A stretch of 64,000 nucleotides of DNA. It comes from Iphione sp. A-MEVVRFRX5 (Eukaryota). The translations under genes and the position numbers were made by a program. Position 1 is the stretch's first letter. Each line of letters starts with the position of its first letter. Below, piece after piece: positions 13,013-28,000 of the stretch. The stretch lies in assembly GCA_976226885.1 (NCBI GenBank), contig OZ320316.1, positions 78,058,001 through 78,122,000 of the forward strand, in the 5' to 3' direction. The notes under the pieces are model-generated. The model ran no database searches. It saw only the letters and a program-made list of their open reading frames with translations, and was not told the DNA's origin.

Positions 13013-16000
13013 GTAAGTCTTACTGGACAGCTATGTTTACTTACTTAAATGACTGCCACGGCAAGCGAGCCAGCGTAAATATAGAACTTCTAGGATAAGT
13101 TTGCACCTTTCTCCCTCTCTGAGAACATTGATCCTGTGACTAATGAGGCGATCAGGTACTCCTCTGGAAGACCATTGTTAGCCATTGACCGAAGACTCTA
13201 TAACGCTAGTGGGACCATACGCAAGGACCAATCTGGCATCGATCCCGACGGCCGCAGGATTACGGATACTAGGCCCTCGTGATGCGTCAGTAATTGGCAC
13301 TTAGGTGATAAAACCTCTTGAAGCGTAGCATTAAGCTATCGACCAAATGCACAAATAGAACATCCTTACCATTGATGCTTGTTTTGGAACATTTACTCGA
13401 CGAGTTTGTGTTCGTAGGTTCTCAATGTTTGCTTCTTTATATCTGTGTTTTCAGTCGATCCCTTTCACAAAATTACTTAGAACACACTATTTTTAAAACT
13501 TTCCTTTGATTTTAGAGTGATAATTTTTTAAAATTCTAAATGCCATAAAATATGTAAGACACCATCCTTCATGACCATATCCCAGCGTATAGGCAAGACC
13601 CTTTTAGTTCTCGCTTTCCCCCGGTATGCTAAACCGCTGAATAAAATGCCTCTTCTTGGATGCCTTTGGCTGCAACAAATGGTATTGGCAATGTCCCTGG
13701 GGGCACGAGGCGCCGCGGTTGTTGAAATGAAGAGAAGCGATGATAAGGCCTCGAGCTTTAAGCATTTAAAGTATATGCAGTGATCACTCTTTGACCGCAT
13801 TTAGAACTAGATATGTTAGTTTTAGGCTTTGCGGTACGGGATTTCTTACATTCTCATCATGAAAGATTACCTATTACAGAATGTATGTAGGTTAAGGGTA
13901 ATCCCTGCGCTGACCTATTTCACCTTCGTGAGGCATTGTGTGAGCCACAGGAGAGGAGAAATTTCGTATCACATTTCCATTTCTGATTCGCCCACAGGAA
14001 ATGACCTAACAACAAGAGCTACAAATGACCTTAGCACGGTTAATGTCCTACTGTGAATGCCTTGTCGTGCTGCTCTGAAAGCGGCTCGTCAATATGTACA
14101 TAGATAGAGAGGCGCACAGTTTATTCAACTGATTCTGTGCTACTTTCTTTACTACTGCTTACAAGTAAGACGTTCGTAAGAAGGTAGGCGTTTGCTACGT
14201 TGCTCTCCATGGTTACCAAGACTAGAAACTGTGGCATCTCCGTCGGATGTTAGCTGCCACCAGGCCGAGCTAGCAGGTCACCCAGTAACCGCACTGACGG
14301 CGCCAAGGCCGGTGGCGCCTATAAGCAGCATGCTTAATTTTCTACACCGTCAGAGCGTGCACGGACCATCAGTCCGAAAACGCAATTTAGCCGGCTGAGC
14401 AGGTATTGATTCACACTTTAGGAAAGGCGTTGATCCCCACTTCGTGATCATAGTACTCTGAAGGCCACTAAACTTAGTCATCAGCCATTCTCCTTATTTG
14501 TCATCATTGCCTTCTCACGGGCTGCTTTGCCCATTTCACGATCAGGTCCCTTTGGGACTCATTTAGAGTAGGCCTCCAATGGTTACTTGGCACTTGTACC
14601 GTCGATTTGTGTCCTCGATGTGTGTTTTAAAATGATGCTTTTGTTCTTTCATTTAGTTCCTAATATAAATTACTTCACTGAGGGAAGTCATAATGGAATG
14701 CCTTATTGAGTACTCTTGTCGGAAATTGGCTGCCGTCGTTTGTTCCAGCCACCAACCCTACTTCTAACGGAATTTCATTTTCCTGTCGCTGTGCATAAAA
14801 TGTTCTATTTGGTGCCGCTTAAGTGAACCTTTTCCAAATTTTTCGTCCAATCGATTGCAAGCTAAAACATATATTTTCAATGGAAGATTAGGCGACCTGT
14901 TTGACGCCCCTCTCAGTTTAAGGTCACGGGTAGATGTGTCCAAACGGCCCTGACCCTCGGCTCCGGCGTGGAGGTCCATAAAGGGGTCGTAAAAAGGTTA
15001 TCGATCACCCTCCGGCATGAGCTCTAAAATGAAAATGTATATGCCTTGTTTCCTGGCACGGGAGACGGCATCCACATAAAATCCGGCGCTAAATGCCTGC
15101 ACGGAATTCCGCCTGGGCGTGGCAGGGGCGTTCTGTTGGGCCCTCATTTTCAGCCAGGTGGTCATCGAACCGTTTCCCGATCCATCATGGGCCTGCCGCC
15201 AGGAGCACTGATCCCTTTTCTTGCCCTGTTCAATCCGGACTTTCCACCTCCTAACACCCTCTGTGCGGTACACCTAGTGCCAAACCTACCCCTGACAACA
15301 TCCTCTGGCTAGAAATTAAGGCAAATCAGTTGTAAAGTAGACCTGCCCTCCCCACCTCAAATAGGTTCCGCCCCCTGGCTTTTAAAGGAGACATGCAAAA
15401 GATTTACTGATCTTAACCAATCGCCGAGGCTCCCCCTACATCATGCAAAGGCAGCTTCCCGACCCTTATCCAGAACCAGCACTGATCACTGTCAAGAAAT
15501 CAGGGAGCCATTTTCGTTGAAAATTCTTGTTGCGACCACGAGTATTGGTTCAGCTGTTCCAACAGCAATCTGCGGGCATGCAGCGCGCGTGTGCCCTCTA
15601 TCAGCTTCTTGTCTCACCCTCTGAGCGAGAGGTAATTCAACCCACGTCTTCCCTGCGTTACCTATAATGCTAGCAGGACAGATATGTACCCGCACATCAA
15701 GTTGGGCAGCCTTGATAAAAACAAGTATTGACAATCAATTCCTCTCATACCTTTCAGCGTCGCGTGGCACGTAGCCGGCGCGCAAGGCAGACGTGCCGGC
15801 CATGACAGCAGCAAGCACTCGTTGCTGATATCAAGGCTTGCCTATTGTCAAGGCCTCCCGGATCGGATATTGATATATGACCACAGCGTGTGATAGTGCA
15901 TTTATTTGGGAAGTGTATGAGGCTGGGTGAAGTATTAAGACTTCCAGTGATGACATTATATGAAGGATTGGTCGTTGTCTACTATGATGCGCCCTGATGT

Positions 16001-19000
16001 ACAAATCTACCAGCGCATCCAGACTCTGAATTAAGGCGACGGTCTACACAATATTTTATCATAATATTCACACTGGTCGCATGCCACCAGAACATAATGA
16101 TAGCATTAAAACAGGAGTTTTACGGCCTCAGTTGGCCGGCTGTAAAAGTAGTTCCCAGCAATATTGTTTGTGCCACCCTGACCCACAGGTTTCATGGCTT
16201 CATATCAATAAACCCCTCCAGTACATGACACCTATACAGATATACATAGCTTTGCTTAGTTAGATTCAATAAACATAGTTTACTACGGCTGGGAATGGAC
16301 ATTTAATGTATTATGCGTTATGTGGGTAATAAATTGATATGTCACACTGCAGATATATTTGAAGAATGATCCTAATATTCTGGATTTCTATCTGTTCGAA
16401 AAAAAAAACACTTCAGATAGGAACCCTTGAATATAGTTATGTACAGCTGAACAATTGTCTGTTAACCATGTAATCAACCTCGATTTCACTGTGTTTAATA
16501 CTTATCCTAGATGGCATTGGGTCGGTGAAGGTTTCGATGTGGTAAAGTCTAGGTGCATGGTTCATACATTGGAAGGTTCGTGTCGTCGTTACGATAATAG
16601 ATAAATATTGATTTTCATGCCGAACCCATCGCTCATGCATGTGGATTTCCTGACAGTGCACATTAATATTCGTAGATAGGAGAATTATCGAGTTTCCTAT
16701 TATTCGTTGAAGGGATTTTAAAAAATAAGAATGAGTATTTGTCTTTTCCTTGGTCAAGAGAACTCTCCCCTTCCGACGTCACTTCAGCGGCAATTACATG
16801 CAGTGGATCAGTCACTTTTTTAACGGGCTATCGGGCGACTAAAGCTATGGATGAGTGTCCAGGGTGTACTAAAGACTGTCATGGTCACTGTGGCATAGTA
16901 CTCTGGCGGCCGTAGGCTTTTTAAAATGCATTAAGTGTACTGTGTTCCCTAGCTCTTCCTGGGCAGGGATAAGTATTACTTTGACGACCGTAGGTTCATT
17001 CCCTCGGTGCCACTAACCCTATGGTATGCGGGCCTAAAGGTGCGCTGGGGAACGGTTAGAAGCGTGATGCATGATTGTGGCAAGTCTATTTTTCAACACA
17101 GGTCAGACTGTTCTAAAATGAGGAACGTTAGATGCGTAAGGACACTTTTGCTTAAAGGCATCATTTTCGTGGCTATTATTTGCAAATCTGAAGCAAAAAT
17201 TTACCTGAAAAGTTAGGTATTCACATGGAAAAATCTGACAGATCATGTCTTCAGTGCAAGGCTCTCATTAGCATGCAATAAAAGCATTTACCTGTTTAGA
17301 AGGTGTTCTTTTTGGTTAGGAAATGGCGTTTCTACCTGGGCAGGGGCCATGATCTCTGCAGTAAGTTATGGGATGGGTGCATTTTCAGTGTGCTTCAATC
17401 CGTCATGGAAAAGAGATGTCTTAGACGAGTTTGAAGTGAAGCGAGGGGAAAATCATGCAATAGGAACTTCCGCATCATGCTCTTTCAACATAGCCTTACA
17501 TTCGTTTCTTTTTCGGAACACCCGCTTCTAACCTTTGTTTATGAGTTTAATTAGTCAATAATAGTTGTGCCTATGGCACATATACGGAACAATGACAAGC
17601 GCTATACTAAACGCATAACTGAAGTCATGGGCCTAGGGAATTCGTTTTACATCATTCCAGAAGTTTGTGACAGATTCAATTTTGAGCTGCGCTCATCGGA
17701 ACGCGCATCTTTCGGCTCGAACAAACAGATATTAAGCCGGACTAATTAATCATTCATGGCCGTGTCCCGCATATCAAGCAGAGTTAAAAGACCTATCCCG
17801 CTTAACTTTGCACCGAGTCATCGATTTCCGCTTCGACGGTGAGTCTGGCTTTACAACCATGTTCAAGAGCCGTGACATATATGCCCCATCTTACTTTTAT
17901 TACGTCACGCACTAAGCTATAAAACGGGCGAGTACATGTTGGCCCACTACTCGCCCCCACCTGCTCCTGGTTGCAAGGGTGGGCTCGGTGCTACTTGCAC
18001 TCTGCTGGTACATGAGCGAATTGAAAATGGCATGACATTCAGCACCTTGCTCGGGACCGTCGGCGAATTGCCGAGACTCCCTCTATTGGGATGGCGACCG
18101 ATTGCTGCCAGGCGTCTCAACAGGGCCTCAAAAGACACTGCGTCTAATCAATGACGGGGCATGATTCGATTTGACAGACCTCAGTCGTGGGAATGGGCCC
18201 ACTTTGTACAACCTATAACTCAGATGGCTGGCCCATCGAGCCCCACGCGGTAATGCTTCCGGTGAGCCTGAGCTATTAATGTTTCATCCTTAATTTCTCT
18301 TCCCGGTTCGTGTGCCTCAAGTGCGCATTAAGTTTTATCGATGCAGCTGATTAAAAAAGACACGGTTTCACGCTCGGCCCCTCTTGAGCTCCCAGGCCCC
18401 AGCACGGCCACCCCGCAAGCACCGTCCATTTGGCCCTCGGCTGTGAGCCGAAGCCCACTCAGCTGCCGGTCTGGCGGGGCTAGTTTACATTAGTTTATAT
18501 CTGCACGGCAAATACCACGGGGACCCTATCTACACACGGTCACCAGCCGCAGGGTGAGGAATGATAGGTATCGTATGGAAGGCGGACACCGTGCCCAATA
18601 ACGACAGCATGGCTGGCTGCGGATTTGTTTAGTGATCAATAGCTACTGTCCTGTACAGCTACATATGGGGATTACTTCGACCATACAACACTACCTCCAA
18701 GGAACATGACAACAGGCTTCGGAAAAATATTCCCCAGCGACAATAACCTACAAGACAATGTGGAGATGGAACCGCAGTGGAAATAATGCCAAGCGCTCTT
18801 CTCGCTGCCTCATTTGGTTTCTGAAAATGATCCTTGTGGGTCCTCCTTACCCTTAGTTGCTCCATTAGAACAACTAACAATGGTCCAGCCTTAATATTAG
18901 ACACATGGTACAAATGGACGAAATATTTGGTTTCTGAAAATGATACTTGTGGATCCTCCTTACCCTTGGTTGCTCCATTAGAACAACTAACAATGGTCCA

Positions 19001-22000
19001 GCCTTAATATTAGACACATGGAACCAATTGACGAAATGGTCATTGATCGCTTCCTTTTGACCAATTCAGTATCTCTAAAGCGTCAGGTGGAGGTGGGCTC
19101 TCTTTAATCTTGAAACTGATTCATCGTCACATGGCATGTTTGTCGATTCGTTTACGGTTATGAAAGCAGATCATGTCAGTAAATGATCACTGCTTGCACT
19201 AAATTTACATTGTACAGTCATAACGAAGGCTGGCAGAATGCAGCAGGGTAAAAGAATAAAAGAAGAGATTATGCTACTGAATTGCATGTAATTAACAAAT
19301 CATTGAAAGGATCAGTCTTAACGCTCATTAATATCAATAATTAAATCTTCACGACTTGAACTGACTGATGGCTCTCTTCCCCGAGATGCAAAATGTGTTC
19401 CTGCCGAGTGTGAATGATCTGGGGAATAAGATATTATTGTCACACGTACCAAACCTTGCAATATGTGGAACCGATTACCCTAAATCCGAAATTACAAGCC
19501 CTTGATACAGCCTAACTGCGTATTGTTATATCGTGAGTAGGGAAAGTAGCATAGAAAATTGTAAAGGATACCGTTCCTCTTGCGTCGCTAAAAACTTCTC
19601 AAGTTAAAAATGCAGGAATCCAAGGTGTTTTTACAATGACATTTACCTTCCAAAGTGAGCGAGTATGACTGAGATATATGATGATTTTATTGATGAATCC
19701 AAAGGTTGCTTTGTTGAGGCATTATCATCTGAACTGATGGAACATACAATCATGATAGCCCGACTGGTTCGCAAGAGTAGTAGACCCTAGCCCGTTCAGG
19801 GATTTCGTATTATACATTCCTGTCTGCAAAAATATGTGAGTGTGCGAACCTGACATATCTGAGAGGAACTGTTTTGTATGTGGACTTTCCGACTGGAATA
19901 AATAGGAAATATGGGACAGTACAAGTTCGATTGGGAGTCGAAACTAGAAAGCTTGATCTGTTCTTGGTGCTTTAAATTAGTTCCTTGCGGAACCTACAAT
20001 AACATCGATCATTACAATATCTCCTCGGCCCCAGTGACAATGAACTTCAGAAACAACTTCCATAATTATTATGTCGGTCCAAACAGAAGGATATTGGTCT
20101 CCATCAGCTCTGCTTGGCGCTAGATACCACCACACATAATTTCATCTGCTACAAGATAACGTTTCAACGTTGGCTCTTCCATGTCCTGCCTTCTGGGTGT
20201 TGCTTCTGTGTAGAGCCGAAGCAGGTTGTCGACAGTGATGCCACCTGTCCAGATGGGATGCTTTGTTGGTGTCACTTTACTATGGTGCCATGCCGTTGTT
20301 CCCTATGTCGGGGTGCCTTCCCACCGTATGGGCCGGCTCTTGCTTGTCCCATAGGGCCGTTAATCAGACGCTGGCAGTAGATGGATTGAATGTTGAGGAG
20401 AGGAGTCGCTAAGAGAAGGATAGGGGATTTCAACCAAACACCCCCGCCCCCGACTTCAAAAACGGCTGCCGCTGAGCCTTGATGATTGATACCGGAAGCG
20501 GGTAAAACTCACGTGATTACGGAAAGACAAGCTAACATGGCCGGCAGCAATCAACATCAAGGGAACCTGTAGCACGGTCCGCCACGCCCTCACAAACTTC
20601 CGGCTTCTTTTATACCGAGGTAGATAACAATTTTCTCCCACAAGCCAAAAAAAGGCAAGCGGCTGCTGATTTGCTGATCATTAGCATGATCAGCCTTGTA
20701 ATTACGCGTTATCTGCATGGGCTGGCCTGTGCATTCCCTTGTTATGATCCGTGAAGGATAAAAATAAGGGAGTTCTTTTTTAATCTGATCCCCCAACCAA
20801 ATTTGCTTCAAGTTGTATTTCAGGCCACTGGAGCGCAAACATTAATGTAAAGGTTAAATTGAGGGGATGCATAATTATGCCAATGATGGCAACGATTTCT
20901 GCCTCCTCAGTTTAAGAAAACGTAGTGGTGGAAACCTGTCTTCTAATTGACTGTTTCATAATAGCTATTTATGACTGCTCTTCTTATGGAAATGTAATGC
21001 GATACAAACAAGAGGTGAGAGGAGCACCGCTCGGCAGCCTGTCACAACAAGGTATTCTGACACACTTCACCACTTCGCTCCTAGTGGTAGCTACCCTTGT
21101 CGGTGCCACCAGGGAATGGGATGGAGGTATCCCTCAGGGTCAACGCAAGCAAAGCCGGCTAATTAGGCCGCCGGCTAGAGGACAAGATGAAACACTGATG
21201 AACAACACTCAGCCGCAGGCAGGACAGCGCTGATTCCGTTCCACGCAATCAGCCACCGGTGGGCTTCAGGCAGCTATTGGGGGCTCTAGTGTTGTGCCTT
21301 TCCAATATCGAAAATAGACCTGGCTTTTCTTCTTGTCGAAATTCATGGAAATATCTAACGCCAGTAACAAAGTAACAAAGACAGCCATAGCAGAGACATG
21401 ATATTTATGGTAGTTTTTCCTCTGGCAAGAAAAGTCCCACATAAAAAGGATCCGCTGGTTAAGTCCTGGGATGACTCTATCGAGGAAAGGTCAACTTGGT
21501 CGCATGCAGTTGACCTGACCTTTACTGGGCATGCCATGACTGCTCCAAAACCACTAAGAAATCAAATATTCTTGGTCGGTCGCGAGCAGGATTGGAGCTT
21601 GATGGAAGGTCTAATTTTATTCGTAAATTTACCGCTTTACACTTGTATTTCCTGCTAGGAAGGTGCATAATAAATCAGTGTCGCACATTTTATTCTAGGA
21701 ATGGCGAATTTTATCTCAATAATTCTGTCTTATGGGTGTATAGCCAAATCTCTTGATCATAACTGTTCCGAAATCCAGGTGTATAGTTTGTGGGGCGCGT
21801 TTGCGATATGTTCAATATTGTAGAGTCAGAATATGATAGAGGGTTGGTAGTATAAATAACTTGGAATAATTTAAGACAGGTGTGGAGTTGGAGGGTTTCG
21901 CTCTGGAGCATTGGCTCCTCGGGAAGACAAGGATTTATACCAGTTGCTGATGGCAGCCTCTCAAGGCCGCCCCCACCACCTGTGTCCACCTGATAAGCCG

Positions 22001-25000
22001 TGCTCTGCCAGCCACCAGGGCATCCATAAAGCTCCTTCCGGATCAGGGACACCACTGCCCTCCCGGATCAAGGTGGAACCAGCAGGTGAAGCGGTGACGA
22101 TCCTTCATCTTTACCCGGGTCTTGGTTCTTTCTTCATTCAGATATCCTCTGTCTGACAGAGAGGACACGCCCGGCCGGCCAGCTGACAGATTCGCCGGGT
22201 CGTGAATCTCAGCCAGGTCGTCCACCGACTAGGCATGATTCCTAAATTGACAAGCATATGATGAAATATGTGTTCCTCTAACAAGTATCAAATTAAAGCA
22301 AAGACCACGAATTTTGTAGCAACTAAAGGCCTCCTGGATATTTCCCATGCAAAGTAACAGTGAATTACAAATGAATTGTGTGTATCAGTCTTTGGTGATC
22401 CTAACCTATGCTATAGGGATGAAAGTGCTGAAGTCATGAGCAGGCAACTATACGGATATATACGGACGTGTGTATAGATAATGTACCTTTAGGTGTGCGC
22501 TTTCGTTGGAACATTTCATGAGGCGTGCACACTGACATTGTGACTGCAATACATGTACACAAAAAGCATCTCACCGTGGGGATTTCTTCTCCTTTCAAAC
22601 AAGGAATTGACTTAACATAGTCTCGACTAAATATAATAGCACGTGCTCCCAGGCTACTTAGACCCAGCACATGAGTATCCATACCATATAGAATTGTAGC
22701 TTCATACAGCAGGGCAACTTGTCGATCCACTTGACAATAGTGCTGCCATAGAAAATAACAGTCGGTCCATATCATTTGGGCCAATTTCGGCAGTACGTAT
22801 GTCTAGCTTTGAACGGAATGTGGATATTCCATTATGATATCGCCAGCTGGACTATCCAAATACGTTGGGCTGTATTGAGGTCGACATGACCGCCTCTGTT
22901 GCCCTTAAGCTGTTGTTGACCTCGACCCATCTATTTGATCCTAAAGGTCACCGTGAGTGCGCGGACGGCTCCACCGCCAACTGCCGTCACATTTCTATTC
23001 ATATTTCTATTTTTTTTTATCCATTCTTTTGATGTATAAATGCGGTGTTGGATGTTCAGTCATTGCGTATCTTTTACCTGTATGTGCTTTAAGCGAATTT
23101 TACGGGGAATGTATCCTGCTAAGTCCCGTCTCACTGGAATTTCACGGTATAAATCTTAACAGTACATGCATTTCAAACTCAAATCATGACCGCAAGAAAA
23201 TTCTCATAATACAATATGTCTGACAATAGGCCGTGATCGTATAGTGGTTAGTACTTCTCGTTGTGGCCGAGACAACCCAGGTTCGAATCCTGGTCACGGC
23301 AGAGGCTGTGCAGTCTCTATCACGGATAGTCAGGCTGATAATTTTACACTTTTGGTCGAAAAATCAATTTTAGGGTTTCATAATGCAAAGACACATTCAT
23401 GAAAAAAATCAACATGGTCGCTTTAAGAACCCAGGACTTTGGTATCTAAAGTGATAAAGTTGGAATCACCGAAGGCTACGATACCCTACAAAATGTAAAC
23501 GTCCTTGTACCTGTATATCAGTGGGCTCATGTCCTATTGATCAATTTAAGTGACTCACGGCAGAGCCTTTAAGTTTAAGTAACACTCTCTCCCCTCTCAG
23601 TCTGTCCCTCTCTGTCTCACTATGGAGAGAGATAATCAATATTGCCCATTACACTGTACGTATCTCCCGACCTGAGCTCAAAGCATGGTAACTGGAATGA
23701 GCAATTTGGCACATTGTCCCTCACTGCATTCATTAATACAGCCAAACACCTATTGACGACCATACCTATTTCTGATCAAAACCAGAAATACGATCATTTG
23801 AACTAAAAACGCAGGTCTATACATAATCGATAGTTCAAGATATTAGCATGACCACTATTAGGACCTTGCTAGTTAAAGTCATCACTTCTTGACCCTTAGT
23901 GGTCAAATTCACCACTTTAAGGAGTTAACTCATCAAATGCAGCACTGTTGGGACCCTTACTTGTTAAACTCAGGCCGCCCCCCAAAAAATAGGTGTGTTT
24001 CAGGTAAGAACCACCCAAAACCTAGATAGGGAGGGGGTATCTTTTTTTAGATTTTTTTCCAGTTTCTTCCTCTGGTTTTCAATAATAATAAAGACAATGT
24101 CAAGAATTTTGATCAATCTAAATAAGTTTTACAGTTTTTTTGGTGAATTTACTTTCAGCCAGATACACTTCATAGACAGTGGGAAATATTAACTACAGGA
24201 AATATCAGTTTGAGCAGACACAAACCAGAATTCCATTGTTGTTCCATATGCTTCTTCTACAAACAAGTATCAGGTCGGGAGATAGCTAGAAAAAACACTA
24301 TGAATCGAGAGATTTCTGCAATATGGATAGCCTTTCCTAATAATATCCAACTGTTTCATTGTTTCTTTTTCGTAATGCAAGCACATTGCTCTTCTGCACA
24401 TGCATTGTTGGGCCTATACAAGTGTCCTATAGGGCTCTGGTTGCATTTCTTCCATTGTAAATATATAGTCATATGATTCTGATCCTATCCATCCATATTA
24501 CACCGATAGTATTCATCTATATTTCAGTTTTCAGTCATATCCCACCATTCCGATCATATAAGTGGTAGGTATAGCATGAGGAAAGCACCGTATGCGAAAT
24601 GTAGGGATTAAGGAGGTGCCGCCGAATCAATCCTTACTCAGCAATATTTCAAGTAGCAGTCGTCCTGACGTCTGTCAAGCGTCAACTATGCAACAACACA
24701 AATTATAACTTCGGGCTAACTTCCATACATGCATTATTGCATTTTTTACATGATATGGCACATCAACCCTAGTCCTGATGCCATTTCCCACACCCTACTT
24801 GTGTGATTGTATTCGTTTGTATTGTGTTAATGTTACATTGCAATAATTATGCAGTGCATCAAAATGAAAGGAGGTGTGTCCATACTTGTGTTGCATTAGT
24901 CCTTTAATGTTTGCATTGGGTTTGCACTGATGATTTTTGGACATTGCTTGTGCAACACAACAGAATGCACAAGTATGATGTGCGAAATAGCGTTAGGACA

Positions 25001-28000
25001 GGGTTAAACATGTGTTAGATCAAGTAAAAGTATACCTAATTTGCATATCATTGACGTAAAAACCAACCCGGACACCACTGTCAAAGATGTGGTCAATGAT
25101 GCTAGGGCTACCTGCGCTAATATCACATGCAAAGTCCCGACAAGCTGGGTGATACTGTCTGCAAACTTCACCCTCAGCCTGCACAAATACAATGAACATC
25201 TCGGTGGCTTATCTGTCGATACTTCACCCAAAAGGCTGAACCAGGAAATCCTTAACCATATCATCGTTGAACTAAATCATGAACTCATCAAGATGAATGT
25301 AGAAATAGGCATGTCATCATCCTAGAGGGCCTACATTATCCACAAAAGGTTAAGAGGGAAATGGATTTTTAAGGTCTACAAACTTGCAGATGTCTGTCAC
25401 CTGAATAATGAAGTGCACTTCGAATTTGCTGACAAATGGAAATGTTTTTTCCAAGAAGTCAATGTCTAATTACCTCTACATTTTTTTTCTGATTTATCTG
25501 GTTAACTGTGTCGCTGTGCTTTGTCTGACATGGGCTTCTAGACACTGATACTGCAATCACCATTGGAAAAGTAAACATCTTGTCCACTGAGGAATGTGGG
25601 TCCTTCCTAATTGATAACAAAAATGTATTGAAGCTCATAGAATAATCTCCCTCATTCAGAAGGTAGCAGTAGGGTCCTGATATCTAAGTTCTGACTTAGT
25701 TGCTCAGTGGTTTGGAGCATATGATTACTATCTATGAGCTGCCTTGTAGTTACCAGCCATTTGAAGATCCATAATACCCAATATGACCAAGGTAAAGGGC
25801 ATAAAGGTCAATGTACAAGCTGCATAACATGTGAAACGTTGAGCTATTTGGACTAACTGTATGATTCTTGTTACGAATATGGCTTTGCCACCTCTGGAGC
25901 CAACTACCTCCATCAGTGAGAGACCAGAGTAGTAGCTGAGCTGTACAAAAAGAGTGCAAAAGCCTTACAAGTCAATAAAAAGCTCAGGGCAAATTGGCAA
26001 GTTCCGTAGGGCTAATATATGTCAAGAAGACTCTGCTAAAAACCAAAGGACAGCTAATTGAGCTCTTCAGAAAAGCAGTCCACTCACATTTATGTTGTAC
26101 ACACCATTATTAACCTTTTGACTGCATTTAATTATGATGTTACTAAGGGACTGTACAACAATTGAAAATAAAACTCCTAACGTCAACCTGCTCTGTGGTT
26201 GCACAGGGGTAACATTGATGGGTTTTAAGTATTGTAAATCATGCTAACAACGTATGCTTGATCTCTGAAATGCACTATTGCTCTCATATGTTGCATGAAT
26301 GGATAACAGGCCTGCTATGTGATCATACACTGGTCCTTCATCCCAATATTAAGACACTTTAATAGATTAACACACTAAACAGCTTGAAAAAGTATCGAAA
26401 GCAAAGTTCATCCAGAATCACTACCTGTACATCTATAAAGAATAATCCCAGGCTCATACATGAAGATGCCTTTGCAAAATACATATAGGTAACTTATGCT
26501 CATGATGATAATGGTAACTTTGCCGATGACTCTTTGGCCTCATCTACCGTATTTTGGACCATACACCAGCCAAATTCTAACCAGATTTTTAAAAAATACT
26601 CCGCCATCTGATGTCCCAAACAGCTACATAAATACTACAAACCTGCTATGCCATCGCACATGGGCCTGGACAATCTCTACCTAACCTTCTAATCATAATC
26701 AGTGGATGGAAAAGTGATGCCCTGTAACTAAATGCATACCTAACTGTCATTAACAAATACATTTACTAAGTTGTCTGCCTGCTGTGTGATTGCACACTGG
26801 CTCAACTAGTCAAGACAGCTAAAGGGTCAAAATAGCATCATAAGCCAAACAATCAGCATCTTTCCTTTTATACCAACCTCTGTCACTTGTTTACTGGTTG
26901 CTCACACTCCAACATCACTGACAAGCTGTGTGGTTACACAATGGACTGAATGCTGAACGTTGAAGTAGCGGGTAGCGCGGATGTAATTTTTATGAATTAA
27001 TATGTCAAGACGTGAATCAACCAATCAGATTGCTTAAATTGAGACAATGTCGCAATTACGTCAAAGTTACGTCCACGCTACCCACTTCTTTGGCCACTGG
27101 TGATCAGCTCATTGATGGCTGACAAGCCATGGATGCATTAGACTATGCCTGGCCAATAGCTGACCGGCCTACCAATCAGCAGTAAAGACTTTGTACCCTT
27201 GCCCAATAGCGAAGAAAGGCTTACTGGAAGTTGCAGCAGTCTCTTCACCAATTAAATACTGTAGTAGTCACTATTATGTATCTATTTATGCCTACTGATC
27301 AACATTTCATTATCATATCTCATAAATTCCTAGCTACTGGTCATGAAACACCAGTAACATGTATACCCATGTGTACATGTATTCAAGGAAATAAAATGTT
27401 TAAAAAAAACAATCTGGTCTATTTGCAGGAAGAACTGCATTTGGTACATATTTCCATGTCTCCGTAAAAATGGAAAAGGCAGGAAATACATAAATGCAAT
27501 GCAGAACACAATAAAACATATATGGAAATGGGCCCTTACTAACCAAATTGGAGGAATGGCCACTTGTTGTTAAGAAACTGACATCACTTTCCAACAACCA
27601 GGCTTTTTATTGTTTTCATCTACTGAACTGGCTCTGAAAAGCATGCTCGATTTTAGGGTAGACTTGGTGTAAGTTAAGGGTTCCTTTGACGTGGAGTTGG
27701 GGGAGAATAACATGTGTCCTGTTCCTGATGTAGCACCATCGTGACAGAAATCGAAGAACAGAAACTGTCATTGTTTTGTCGTCTTTCTCAAAGACCATTC
27801 CAGTATCTGACGATTTCTATATGACCGACCTAATCCGAAAAATAGAATGTGACCATACATATCTTCTGAATGTTCTATTCGTTAGTACAAATGTGGAGTT
27901 GGGCAAAGGGTTAGCCATCCGCCAGTTGGGTGATTTTTGTGCATTTGTGGCAGCGGATACATTTAGGGGTAAGCACACGTTGTTTGAAGTTAAATATTTT

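Noticed and set aside
20996-21135. Alternative signal-peptide-like exon (…SLLVVATLVGATREWDG|gtatcc)
   Set aside because: The donor is weak, the hydrophobic stretch is short and far from any ATG, and the candidate at 12925 is much better.
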